DNA of 64,000 nucleotides from Pocillopora damicornis (Eukaryota): NCBI RefSeq assembly GCF_003704095.1, contig NW_020845264.1, positions 1,612,001 to 1,676,000 of the forward strand, read 5' to 3'. Shown piece by piece: positions 27,401 to 40,740 of this stretch (position 1 is its first letter; each line of letters starts with the position of its first letter). The notes under the pieces were generated by a model. It saw only the letters and a program-made list of their open reading frames with translations, ran no database searches and was not told where the DNA came from. The position numbers and the translations under genes were made by a program.

Positions 27401-29049
27401 CTAGTTGTGTGATCATGAGATAGCCGGTATCAGCTTCTTGAAAACGTAAAATTGTTGATTTAAAAATGCTTGATGGGCGCTCTTGCAAAATCTTACAACA
27501 AATTTGCATTCAAGAATCTTAAGTCCTCGACGGAATTCTTTAACCTAGATAATGCAAATCGTTGCAATATTTTGCTTCAAATAACATCCTGCTATTTTTA
27601 AAAATTTTATAAAAATGGTCTACAGAAAGGTTAGGAATCATTTATTTTTGTTTCCTGTACGTGTTGACATTTTTTTCTTTTGTTATCCTTTTGTAATCGT
27701 AGAATATATTTTCTTTATTTAAAACCAACAGAGATCACACTGTTGACAAAACATTCTAAACTTGGTATATTTTTGGCTTTTTTTTATGATTTGGCAAACA
27801 GACTGACAGCTTTCTAGAGGCTTCACAGTATATTACAGGAAACACTTCCTTACAATAGTCGACGACCACAGGCACGTCTTGACTCAAACGAAATAGACCG
27901 TGAAATCCCAACTGTTATCAGTTTAACAAGATTACAATCAATTTTATTGCTTGTAGAATCGATAAAATCTTGAGGGGGCCAAGGCGAACATTCAATTTAT
28001 GGTAAAATAAATAAACCTTCAGGGAATGAATCTTTATCAGCAACCACAATGTTCCATAGACGAATTCTGTTCCAGAAAATGAAAAAACAATACTTCATGA
28101 TAAATCATATCGTAGGAGGTACAAAATTTTTCCCGCCTTTTTTTCCTGCAGGGTCAGAACAGGGATACATTCATCCAGTTCATACAATTGATATTAATAA
28201 ATACAAGTGTAGCATAGATATATTAGTTTGCAACCTTTATGCGCCGAGTAAGCTTCCTCCATTTCGAAACAAACCCATTTAAAAAATCTTCAGAATGCAA
28301 CACCATTGTCCTTGTATCTACGTGGTGAAACAATTGTAATAAATATTTTAAAATCTCGACTTTAAGTATCAATTGGTTTTATTTTCAAAACCAAATTTTT
28401 CCCACCCGGTAGTGAGAAACATTTCACAGTAACGACGAAGCGAAATAATGAGGAAATAATGAAGATGATATTGTGCCATACGATTGGAGGAGTGAAAAGA
28501 GCGTTAGAATCTCTTTATGTAAGGTTGTTGCACGTGCATTATTGATAAACCATGTTTGTTCTGCGAAGGATAATCACTTTTAAAAAAGTGATGATTTTCG
28601 TAAAGCGTTTCAGTGTAGATTGGGGGAAAGGAGATGCGAGTTTGACGGCCAACTGTGCAAATATTGGTCGAGTATAATACAACTACATGGCTTCCAGCTG
28701 AGGTTTGCTTTACATGCTAAACAAAGACTGGTATTTTCGTCTGTCAACTTTCTTCTTGCGATAAACGAACTTTAATTGGGTTAGAAGGAAATCTTAGCCA
28801 ACGGTGTGTCGCTTGAGCTAGAACAAATCTCCTAGGGTTTTTACAAGGTACAAAAAAAATTACTTGTGAATTTAGTATTCATCGTTGATTGTTGTTTTTC
28901 AGGTCTCTGTCTTGAGCCGTCGAGTGATCGAGATCAAAATGAGTTGGACGCGCTGACACGAACGAAGTTTCGTGAGAAATGTTGTGAAAATTTTGCTGTG
29001 AATTCATTTAACATTATTTTATGGCGAGAGAAACAGGATATGTCTGACT

Positions 29050-32000
29050 ATGAGCGGAAGCGTTAGGAATTTCACTGTTATCCACAGGATCATATTTTGG
29101 GTCTTGGTCGTCGGTAAGTATTCTCCTAAGATTTCTGTAAAAAATATTGATGTTATATCTAATTTAATTTCGTTCTGCTATCGTTAAATTATCATGTAAT
29201 GACGCATTTGGAGAGTGGTTTGAAAACATTTTATCCATAAGTTCCGTTTGCAAATAATTCTCACGAATCCAGACATTGTTGAAAACGAATGAAATCGTAG
29301 TAATTCTTTGATAAATTTCTGAACGTCAAATTAAAAAAATTAGTATTCGTGTACTCGTTTCGTTGGCTAGTTTACACATTCAACATTTTTGCCTTGTAGG
29401 CAAATGTACGTTAATTATACACTCCGGCCCCTAAATTTTTTTAGAGCATACACAAAAGAGATGAATAATTTACTAGCCTAAGATAGATAAGATGTAGCAT
29501 AGTGATTCCTCTTTCGTCAAGGTGTGCTGAAGCTTAACAATGAAACCATTCAAAATTTGAAACACAAATTTCAGCAGGTTTCTCTGACATGGAGTTTTGA
29601 AGTGATTGTCCGTCAGCTCCAAATTTGCATGATTAACTCGGATCAGTCACTTGTTTGCAAAGTCAATCAGATATTCTGTGATTATTATGAACTAAGATTT
29701 TTATACTGACCATGACTACGGCTTCCATGTCGAAACAATACTCAAAAAAGTACATTTTTTTTTGTGGTTGAAACCTTCATATCTCACAGAAAATTTTTTA
29801 TCGAAACGATTTCTTCATTTACCGTTAAATAACATAATTTATTAAGTATCATAACAGAATTCTTAATCTTTCCAAAGTTTTCTGTGGTCACTACTATAGA
29901 CACAACTTTCAGATATTCGTTAGCCGTGACAGCGAGTTTGGCATATCTTCATTGATAAAAAACACAAAATTTAATGCGGTTTTTACTTTCAGTCGCATAG
30001 AATTTCTCATTTTCTTCCTCAGTCAGGTGCATATCCTGAATTTTTTCTCAGCTTATGAATCAAACGGTCACCAAAGCTCGCCAAGAACTCTTTGTTGACA
30101 TAACAGAGTTTTCGATAACCAGTTGTTTTTCTTTCAATATAAAAGGAACAAACTCGATTTGAAACTCCTATTTATTAGTTATGAAAACGACAATTTGTCT
30201 GACCTGATGACGTTAGATATTTATCAGACGTATTTCTAATTTTTATTGCATAACGAAATTACAAAAATTCAAATTCAGTTTTCTCTCAATGTAGTGTTCA
30301 ATACCGAACTCCAAAGATACAACACTGAACCCTTGATAAATTATTTTTAACGTTAAGAATGTCCACCTGGTACAATACTTAAACTCGAAACTGCACAAAC
30401 TGCACCTCTGGGTCCTCGATGAAAAAAAATTTATTGTTAGTATTATTTTCGATAAGCGTAGATCTAATAGATATAAACCTATTCATTTTTATTACTCGGT
30501 GGTGAGAAGTGAATAAAAACTATTGATAAACCCTAACTGATCTAAAAACAGGAAGTCGTACGGAATGAAATCAGAAACAATTAGTGACAAACTTTCAAAA
30601 TAATTATAAATTTGATTATGCTCATGAACCTTCGCAAAGGGATATGGAAATTTGTAGGTGAGGTGTCCGGACTTGACTCTCAGAGGCTCTTCACCCGAGA
30701 GTGGGTACAAGGGCACTTTGCAGAAACTCGCCAAATTTCCAAGGGGGGGGGGGGGGAAGAAGGGGGGTGAATGCAGACTTTGCTGAAGCCTTCTGTACTT
30801 TATTTGTTACTCTCTTGTCTTGCGACTTCATACAACTATGTTAGTATCAAAACATCTTATTACTTTCTTGTTTCTTTGACTGTACGTTTTATTTCTTTCT
30901 ATCTTGACGATGCCGGGCTTCATTGATCTTGACCACTCTGGAATCTGTTTAGTTTTGCAGCGTACATCTTGTAAGTAACTACCAGTTTGGCTTCACTGCG
31001 CACGCGCACGTCAATTGCACTTTACCTGCTGGCTGCTTGAAGTACGCACCCTGCACTCGAATCTCACTGAAACGCTAGAATTAAAAAGTTAGCCATAAGT
31101 TTGTGCTCTCTAGTTTTTGCGCCCATGACGGCGCACCGTTCTCGATCTGCTGGCTAATTATTCATGTATTGCTTCCATTCGTCGTAACCACTCGTGATTT
31201 GCTAAGCGTTCTTATCACCTAACTTATACACTCACCTTCTTCAACTGCGCTTTTATTCATCTTCACAAACATTTGCTAACAGTTTTTTGGCCGGTAAGTG
31301 TGATGGAACCTGTCCATCGTATGTTTTAAATCGCGTCGTAAAGTGTCGATTTTGTGCAAGAATTTTCTGCGGAATAATTTTTGTCTTAAGGTAGTATACT
31401 TGGGTATTTGTTTAGCCCAAGAGATTTGGAATAAAAAATTGGGAGGACGGGAAGGGAGAGGTGACTGATTGTCATTAAACAAAGGGCCGATCGCGTCATG
31501 AAAGTGTGTCACTTCAAAGAGGAATGTAGCTTAAATAGAAGGAACCTAGTCAACTCTTTGGCCCGTAATGGTCACTAAAATATAATTTCTCCTTACATCC
31601 TTGAATCACACATCAAGTTTATGAGAATAAAGGATGTGATCACCATCTAAATTCTCCTTTCCATCACCCTTAGAGAACAGTGAGGAGAACAGTATGGAGA
31701 ATATTAATACTGATGTTAGGGTGTTATGGGTTAGAGCTAGTTCAGCAGCCGTTTGTGGATACTTTTAGTCGAAGCCTTTCAAGCCATTGTGAACGAGAAG
31801 AGTTAAACTAAAACGGAGAAAGTAATAGTAGGGGGACTTACCTTCACCCCTGGGCCTGGGTTCGATTCCCGTATTTAACGTTGCCTGTAGGTTCTCGTCC
31901 TTGCTCCGAGGGTCCACTCCGGGTCCTCTAGTTTTCCTCTCTCCACAAAAACCAATATTCCAAAATGCAATTCGACCAATAAAGCTGGAAAAGAAGAGCG

Positions 32001-35000
32001 ACCTCGTGGAATGTTCATTTCTAAATTCTATATTGTTATTATTACGATTATGAAATATCGATCGGATTGTTATAAAAAAATTTCTCCATCCTATATCCTC
32101 TTTCTGCTATTTTTCTCTGGCATCGCTCAATAAGCGAGTCAGACAAAACATGTTTCCATTTCCAGAACTGTTTATCTCCTACTGCATTCAGGTTTCACCT
32201 CTTTTCAGTCCACAAATCCAATCCATTTACTCTCTCTTGTATTCATATCATACTCTATTTCATAACCTTCGCATTTTTATTGGACTTTGGGATCACTCAA
32301 TATCTATTGCCTGAGGGGGGAGGGGGGGTCCGGGGAGAGGTCGGGGGGAGGTCCCGAGAAGTTTTTTTGCGAGGGGTATCACGTGGTTTTCGGGGGAATG
32401 GAGAGGAGATCAGTCTTCGAAAGGGGGTTTATAGAAAATTGACCGCAATGAGAGGGGGAGAGGGGGGAGGGGCGTCATTATGATACTACAGAGCCTTAGA
32501 GGAGATCAGGTAAATTTTATTGTGACAGCCAAAATCCTCCGACCCCCCCACCTCAGGCGGTAAAATATGTCTGTTCTCTTATCACGTCGTGGATATACAA
32601 GGACAAGCCATTCAACGATTCATGTAAGCACAACGATGAGCAATCACATTTTTCTCAACACTGACCAAATTTATCGTGGTTGCTCAGGTTTGAAACAGAA
32701 ACTTAACCATTGTTTTTCCTTACCTCAGCCTACCCATTTCCTCTTGCATGGGGCTCCCCTTATCTGAGCGCTGAACATTACTGGCCAATGGACAACATAA
32801 CGAATGGAATCCTCGAGGATGTTAGAGGGGCAGCTCACACCGTCGTACATGAAGGAAAGATTGTGGTAGTACCTCAGCTGGGATATGCATTGTCCTTGGA
32901 TGGAATAGATGACTGGGTGGATACTGGTGAGTATAGAGTGTATCGACAGACGTATTGTCTGTGACACCCCCAGGGGAGCGACATTCAATGCGATCAACAG
33001 TAGCAGATCTTTTTCTATGGAAGGGGTAGGAGAGACCTACTCTACCCCCTCCCCCAAAAACTTGTTAAGTTGTGTTACAGTCGTCACAAACGCTAACGAC
33101 TGCGATTGAGTAATCTGTATATTTCTTTTTGATTAACAATGTCCCTAGTTGAATCAACTATCTAGATTCGTCGCGGTCCTATACCTGATTTTTCCGTTAC
33201 TTTTTAAACAAAATCCTGTTATTTATCAATCTTGACCAGAAAGGTACCCTTCATAGACAATAGTCTCCATTTGGCGCAAAAAAAAAATTTTTCCTCCTTC
33301 AGCACCCAAACCCAATTTTTTTGTTAATTGCCACTTAACTGTCGACTGACACACACTCTCCTCTAGGGAGGAGTCGGAAATGCAGTTCGCTCCCCATAGC
33401 CGGTCGCGATCGAAAGCCGTTTGGTTGTAAGTACGGTTTCACTTCGCGCACATTCCCTTATACATGAAATTTTTGCGACACCTTCAATTATTTTTAGTAT
33501 CAGGAAAAAATTTTGAAAAATCCTCTCCGCCCCCTTTAGACCAAAAACTGTGAACTAACCATTGCAATAAAATTTTGGTTGGGTTCTGTCAATACGGAAA
33601 CACGTTTGAGGAAAATGTATTCGTGCTTTGTTTGTTTCTTTGTTTATGTTTTCATTTCGAGGTCAAAGTAAAAATTGCAAATAACATGTAATATCTAACC
33701 ATAATTCAGTATGATTCTACCTCTTCACATTGCAGCTGGCAATTTTTTTTCGTGTATAATTTTTTCTTGTTGCCAGTTTTTCTTTCATGTCGCAAAAATT
33801 TCATGTGATAAGAGACCCCCCACAAATATTTTAAAGAAACGCTGTCAAATGATAAATCAAGTATTTTTGGTGACAAATGATATCAAATAAAAGTCTTCCT
33901 CCTGTATGGGATACTAACCATCGCCTAACCCTGTATCACCGTCAAGGACGGAAGTATAAAGTTCAAACTTGAGAAAATTAGTGGTTTTGTAGAATCAATT
34001 TCCCGGGAAGATGTTTTGACAGTGTTCCTTTAAACGAAAGCACATTTGAAACTTTCCTTCACTTGCACCATTCTTAAAAGGCAACTCTGGCACTTTCAGT
34101 ATTTCACAGTCATTTCGTCAACAGTTTACTCTCAGTGGGAGGATTGTATTGAGTTTCCAACTCGTAAGAAATTATATCCCATATCAGGAAGCTTACATAT
34201 AGATCACATCTTTCGTTTTCTTTTTAACCACTTTCAAGTTTTTAGTTTTCTTACGACCCTCGATTGTAGAAGCAATGAAATGTTGATCAATTTTTATCAA
34301 TACGTCGTTTTCCATTAAATAAGGTGATCACATGAATAATGATTTTGATGGCATAAATTCGGAAATCGTCGGAGATTTGCACGAATTTCCGAACGGCCGA
34401 AGGTTGATCTGTGTACAGCACCTTCCGATCGATTGACCCTAAGGTTACTTGGTCCCAGTTTTCTCAAAGTTGACCGTGCTTGAATTATTCAATATGGCCG
34501 GTTGGGAAAGGTGAAACTCTCACTGAAAAAAGGAACCAGTTCTCCGTGGCTTTTGGAGACAGCTGTTTTAAAAATGAATTGCCCTGTCACGAATTTATAC
34601 GCTTGAACGTTGTCAATTTTAAAATGTCTCGCATCAAACTGAAATGGTCATCAGTGTCAGGTAGGTTGCGGATAATAAGTGCTTGATAAATTTCAAATTA
34701 TTGCATCACTTGACTTGACTTACTCTTTTGACCACAGTTTACCCTTTGTAAAGACCTGGGTAAGGTACAGAAAAATAAATTTAGCGCAACATTCTTTTAA
34801 AATGTATTGTGTCACGTTTCAAGGTGGTTTTAACGCAGATTGCGTGACAGAACCCTCAAGATGTGAGAATGGATTTACAGTGACATTTTGGCTCAAGGTT
34901 CAAGGAACTGGCTATATCTTCTCATCAGGATCTTTCACGAACAAAAGGAATGGTCCAGGATATCAGCTATATTACCACCAGAGCTTGAAACGTTTTAAAT

Positions 35001-38000
35001 TTATTCTTGAAACCAGAGATAAAAAGTGGACGCTGTTTATTCACGAAGAAGTTGGGCTGTGGACGCATATGGCCTTTACATGGAGGGAACGGAACGGACT
35101 GGCGTATTACGAGGATGGAAATTTGAGCTCGTTTACCGACAAGCCCGAAATTGTGTCTGCGTTGCGCCAACAGAATTACACACCTGTTATCACACTTGCA
35201 CGGCCTAGCAGCAGTTTGAGTCTCAAGAAATTTGGAAAGTTTGAGATTTCTCAGTTTGCCATCTGGCAGAAAGAACTTTCAGCTGCAGATATTGCTGGAG
35301 TGTATCAAGATGGAGTTACTTATGATGCGAAATTATCCATGTGTTGTTATTTCAAATCAGGTGGGTATCAAATGTAGAGTATTAATGCAAGGGGAATAAT
35401 GACAAGCCTTTAGAGCAAAGCCAAGAGGGTCCATGGGTGTACCCCCCATATCAATTAAAAATTGGACCCTGCAATGACCAGACCTTTGCTCTTTGCTACC
35501 ATTTTGAATCATGTGAATGTCAGTCTGGTAAAAGAATCCTTGGAATTGCTCTTGAGACTAGTTTTCCCTCTTTATGAGTTCCTTAGTTAGCAGAGCTTTC
35601 GGAAAAAAAATTTAAGGGCTCTAAAGACCTAGTTGTTTGTATTTAACTTGTTTTTGCCTTCCTGCAAAATTAATGTGCAGGCTTTCCATGCAAATCTGCT
35701 CTCTCCCCAACCCCCTTGTCTTCTTGGGAAGGAGCATGTTCCTCAACAACCCTAAACAATGCTTGCAAGGGAGATAAGCTGTGACTTGGTTGTAAAGTAT
35801 ACACAACCATATTCTCCTGTACTTTCAGTGAGCCGTTGTATGGAAAATCCATGTCATGACCCTGAACATTGTCGCAGAATCATGGAATCTGCTGAGAAGT
35901 GCCTTTGCCCCGCTGTCAATCTTGGCCTTAAAACTTGCAAAGGTAACAAAAAGAACAGTTCATGGCATATGCAAATAAGTGGAAAGGCATATCCAATAAT
36001 AAATTAACAACCTACTTGTTCTAACTATTTATTTGTATATTCAGTTATTCTTCTGAAACTGAACATAAACTCCCTTTTTCATTCATTTATTTACGTTCTA
36101 GTATACACAGCTACATTGTAAACAACAGCCATTTCATAGTTAGGATCATCCATTTGAGGCAAAAAATTGCTATTGGAGAAATTTCAGTTTTTATAATTTA
36201 GAGTTGTCATCAAGTGCCCAATCTTACAGGCAGGGTTGTTAAAAGTGATAGGCAACTGGTACATTTCACCGTCTACTCTGAAAAATTCGCCATATATTCT
36301 GAATGCTATTGCCTCAATTCTCAACATGGAAGCATGTCTTTGTGTGGCTTATTTTGTATCACAGTCCGGTTACTCAAAATCTTTTGAACAATCCTGCATA
36401 AACACATCGGTCAAACGTCTGTGCATGAGCGAACGTTGTAATGAAAAGGTGACATGCTTTCTGATGTCTCACGCGAGTTACAAACAACCACACAAGCCAG
36501 TAAGTCACGGTGTTTTAAATGCGTATAACCTTTTTTTGGTATAGCTCCAAACAGAATGGTAAATCAGGAGGATTCTCGTACTTGAATAAGCCTTTTGTTG
36601 CAAAAGTCTAGAGTTTTCATTTCCCTTACTTTTGTTTCCTTTTACAGATTTCTATGGACGTTTCGACTCTCTTTCACCTATTTTGCGAGACAGTAGTTGT
36701 TTGTTATGAGCGTTTTCTTTTAAATTTTGTGCGGTAAATCGGCGCGCGGCCGGCTACAACTGATCCACTCGCGCATGGCCAACGTTTGACCGCTGTGTTC
36801 ACTGCATACAATATAATTTCATGAATTTTACTGAATTTTTTTTTCAAAAATTCTTTCAGCAAAGATAACAGGTGAATGTGAGGACAAGAGTAGAAGTTGC
36901 GACGTGTTCGCTAAACAATCTGAATACTGCAAACGAAGAAAAATGCGAGAAATTTGTCCGCAGTCTTGCAATTACTGTGGTGAGTAAGTCGCCCTCTCTA
37001 TTAAACTTGAATTGAAGGATTGAACGCAAAAATTGATTGACACCTCCGTCATAAAAATCCACATGCGACTTTCATGCATATAGTTATGACTGTTTGGTGG
37101 GATTAAAACAATTTTCATTTAATTAAGCGCCGAAAGTCATCCGGGATTTCATTGATTTTGCTTTACTCCGCCCTGTGATTGGTTCAGAAAACTCGTACCA
37201 CTCTCTCAACCAATCAGATGCAAAACTTAACGCAATCACGACTTGGTCGCCCGCGTTTTCCCGCGCTTTAAGCAATTTGGTTTGTTTCTACTTTGAGCTC
37301 TCATTGGTTCTGAAAGGCATTTTCCTCTCTTCTGATTTGCTGTTGTGATTACTTTGGTTATGATTCTAAGAAACTCAATCGGAAAGCGCTCAAAATAAAT
37401 GAGAAAACTTCTTGATGCCCTTTTTACATAATATTAAGCGATCCTTGACAAATCTGTTCCGTTAAACCCGAAGAATTGTTTCAGTTACTACTTCCCTAGT
37501 TTCACTGTTTTACCTCGAAAGCACGAGACAGGGCTGAGTCGACTCCTAATTCCGACTTCCATTCAGAGAATTACATACATATATGTATATATATATTTGA
37601 CTCTGTGATAGGGTAAGGGAAAAGTAGGGGAGTACCTCCGTTAAATTATAGACTTCATTGGCAAAATCATCGTACCAATGTTTTACCCTTGCTTGGTTCC
37701 AGGTCCTTCGCGTCCTATCACCACGCTAAAACCGACACTGAAGACTTCGTCGACGTTCATGTCCAGAATATCTCGGAAATCCCGCAATCCCTCCACGGTG
37801 GTCCCGACTAACGGGAGTCCCGCGGGTGGTGGGATAACTACAAACCCGACTTCACGGCCAAGGACTCCGACTACAGCCAGGAGAGGTAAAAGAGGTGAGT
37901 TAATTTCATGAGGCTATAAGTACATGAGAGTAGGTGAGATAATCATTTATTTGCACAGGGTATAGGAAAATAAATAAATAGAATAATGACAAAGAAAAAT

Positions 38001-38696
38001 TTTGAGCTTGATGTTTGAATAAAGAAAGATGTTGGTCAGGAAAAATAAGAGTCCCTATCCGTGAGGGATCGAACCTCAAGACTTTCAGGTTTCGTGCTCC
38101 CATACCCTACTGTTAAGCTACAGGGAACAATTACTAGGTTCAAATCTGATACGTGACCTGCCCAGTTGTGAGCGCGCTCACCCCTTCTCTGTGGCCTGGG
38201 TTCAATTCGCGGACCTGGCGTCACATGAAGGTTGAGTTTTTGGTTGGTTCTCGTCCATGCTCTTTTTCACCTAGTCGTCCAGTTTTCCTCCCCCTACGAA
38301 AACCAACATTCTAACCTTAAATTTGACCTGGAAACAATGGACAAGAAAAGCCACTTAGTGGAAAGTCCACCACTTAATTCCTCTTATAATTACCACTATT
38401 ATTTCGCTTTCGACAACGATAATCTTAGCAGTATGCGGGGCGCTCAAATATGAATCCGTTCTTATTTCTCTTATCAGGCGAATCTTGTGACGGACTGACG
38501 TGTGAGTACCATGATCGCTGTGTGAACACTTCGCATGGTTATGTCGAATGTAGATGCCCTCAACATACTTGCCCTAACGGCAGAGAAATCATTTGTGGCA
38601 CCGACGGCAAAACCTACCTGAATATGTGCGTTATGAGGAAAGAAGTATGTCGAGTACAGAAGCGGATAGAGAAGAAACACGAAGGTCGCTGCAGCG
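29050..38696 (+). CDS. Ectodomain unit A: signal peptide - LamG/concanavalin-like jellyroll - EGF-like - ShKT - Ser/Thr/Pro/Arg stalk - follistatin (FOLN+Kazal)
   Basis: All phase-1 exons: 29050-29113 (MSGSVRNFTVIHRIIFWVLVV), 32729-32926 (AYPFPLAWG..EHYWPMD..ALSLDGIDDWVDT), 34824-35360 (DCVTEPSRCENGFTVTFWLK..WTHMAFTW..GLAYYEDG..FAIWQKELS), 35829-35942 (6-Cys EGF-like), 36860-36979 (CEDKSRSC..YC..C.QSCNYC), 37703-37894 (stalk, ends RRGKR), 38478-38696 (C..LTC....C...ECRC..C....ICGTDGKTYLNMCVM..EVC....HEGRC). Ends at a GTAAG donor. Confidence 0.85.
31850..32030 (+). mobile_element. tRNA-derived SINE-like fragment; second copy ~38175-38400
   Basis: B-box-like GGTTCGATTCC followed by GGTTCTCGTCC..GCTC...GTTTTCCTC...AAAACCAA.ATT, shared with the 38.2-kb copy. 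Confidence 0.6.
32300..32565. mobile_element. G/C-run-rich MITE-like element
   Basis: Inverted ends GCCTGAGGGGGG ... CCCCCCACCTCAGGC with a G-rich interior. Confidence 0.45.
37110..37395. repeat. Interspersed repeat; inverted copy at ~44900-45070
   Basis: TTTTGCTTTACT.CGC.CT.TGATTGGT...CCAATCAGA...CGCGTTTTCCCGCG has its reverse complement in the intron of unit B. Confidence 0.7.
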
Positions 38697-39601
38697 GTAA
38701 GAAGTTTCTCTTCTAAAAGTGAGTGCAGTGGAATGAGTAATGTTGGCAAACTGACGTCCTTCCTCCTTCCACTCTCGGAGTCTACTCTATCAATGACTTG
38801 CAGACTTGGTACCCAGTTCTTGCACGTTTCTTTTCAACCTTGCATCGACGGGAAAGAAGAGGACTGGGTACAGTCTATTGGTCGAGAAAGGGAAGGGCGA
38901 GGGGGGTAGATAAAGTAGGCTACAACCGTTGGATGCTTTCGGAATTAAAGCAGCTACTTCATAATATTTTGAGTCCTTGAAGAAGCGTAAAAAAATATGT
39001 TGAAATGAGCTAGCGGGTTACACCAGAGGTGAAAGAACAAACAAAAATTTTACGTTACCCGGAAGATTTCGGAAATTATCAACCACCGTTGCTTTCAGAA
39101 TTAAGAAATCGAAAGTGTAACCGTGGAATAGTTGAATTTAGTTTCGAATCCACCTGTAGTAAAACACCTAGCTTTCCTTCTGCTTCACGCAACCCAAGCC
39201 CTTTGTACGAGGTGGATGGGAAGAACTCTGTAAGAAAGACGGAGATTCCGCATCGGCTTTTTCGGGTAGTCATGTTGCAGAGGAAGCCTTTATTTTCTGT
39301 TTTAACCACAGAAGTTAAACAAAATGTTCAAAATGATTCTCAATAGTTTTTTCGAACCACACTTTTTAAAGGCAACTCCTAAATCTTTGAGAGTCCAGCC
39401 TCTCGGCGCGATACAGGACCTTCCGGCTAGTTTACAGTTCTTCGTCTAAAATCGTGAAAACTTAGCGACAGGGGTGTAATTGAGAGGATTGCTATGACCA
39501 CTCAAAAATCAACATTATTTAGGTGACGCCGATATCTTTTGAGCTCCAAGATATTTTTTTTTTAGTTCTAAACTTCAGAGGCATACTGAAAACTAAGTGA
39601 C

Positions 39602-39658
39602 ATTCGGCTACTTGGTAAACAGCTCAAGACTCTTAAGCTGTTTACCAAGTAGCCGAAT
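39602..39658. other. Perfect 23-bp inverted repeat (57-nt hairpin)
   Basis: ATTCGGCTACTTGGTAAACAGCT-caagactctta-AGCTGTTTACCAAGTAGCCGAAT. Confidence 0.9.
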
Positions 39659-40584
39659 TCAGTAATACACTTTACTGAATCAAAGAAACGTTAATTTTCG
39701 TTACGGTTTTACTTTTCCACTCACAATCATGTCAATGAATGCATTATTTCTGTATCAAAATAATCGAGAGGTAACAGATGTACCGTATCCCACGCTCATA
39801 ATGTTTCATGGGTATTAATTTTAAAAATCTTCTTTCTTGAGGGCAACTTCAAAGCGGTGATGAAGTAACAAAGAGTTAGTTGTCTCAACAAAACAGTTGT
39901 GCCTCAATCTTTTGTTCATAGTAACCTTGATAAATGTAATAAACCATTATTCAGGACATGCTTATTTGCAAGAAAGGAGCGCTAAATGTTGAAATATACT
40001 TTTTAAATGGAACTTAAAACCTTCATGTAATGCAAAGTTTTTTTTTTTACCAGTGATGACTTTAAAAAAGAAGAAATAGCTAGAAATCTATAGATAGAAA
40101 TTGTTGTTTCACTTTTAAAAGCCGGAGTTTGCTGTTCAAAAATCTGCGCAAGAATAGAAATTGGTGATCTACAAAAAATCCTGTTTCGGATACATTTGTG
40201 AGTCTTTTTTTATTTAGTGTAAACCGAAATCCTCTCACTTTGTAATCCTCTTCTGTTGATACTTATCGCTAATTGTTGTACACTAAAGTGAATTTATACA
40301 TATTTTTTGAGTTATCGATAGCTTAAGTCCTGGAAACTTTAGTAGCTTTTAGTTTCCATTAAAAGTCGACGTTGCTTGCATCACGTTTGTGAAATTAACA
40401 AATCCCTCCGGCAATATTTAATATAAAAAGTTTATATTAATATTAATATAATTCGGTTGGAAATTGTCCATAAGGGAAAATCGAACGAGTTATTGACTTT
40501 TGAAGAAAGTGCTTCTCTTCAAAGTGTTTGAAAAGTGCTGTCATAACAAAGCTCTGAAATCTGTCGTGTATGTAATCTTAATAT

Positions 40585-40598
40585 AGGGATTAAGTTTT

Positions 40599-40631
<33 letters not shown>

Positions 40632-40740
40632 TATATCATGGTAATTTCGTATTATCAACTGAGTTGATGACGTAAATTGGCCAACGTAAACAGTTTTAAA
40701 GGACGTTTCGAACGTTCGCACGTCCGTCGGGTATAGAACG
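40585..40740. repeat. Interspersed repeat (Penelope-like terminal repeat); another copy at ~80-220
   Basis: TAAGTTT.TAAAGAAACTG.GGTG.....GTGGGAGAGTATA.CA.GGTAATT...ATTATCAACTG shared between the two sites, followed by GACGTTTCG/GACATTTCG. A different GACGTTTCG-containing fragment lies at ~6060-6150. Family assignment is from recall. Confidence 0.55.

Noticed and set aside
31850-31875. tRNA gene (GGTTCGATTCC T-loop/B-box)
   Set aside because: No cloverleaf; it continues into a SINE-like body also found at ~38.2 kb.
39029-39346. 105-aa ORF as a terminal exon for unit A
   Set aside because: No convincing phase-1 acceptor, no TM or GPI signal and no recognisable domain.
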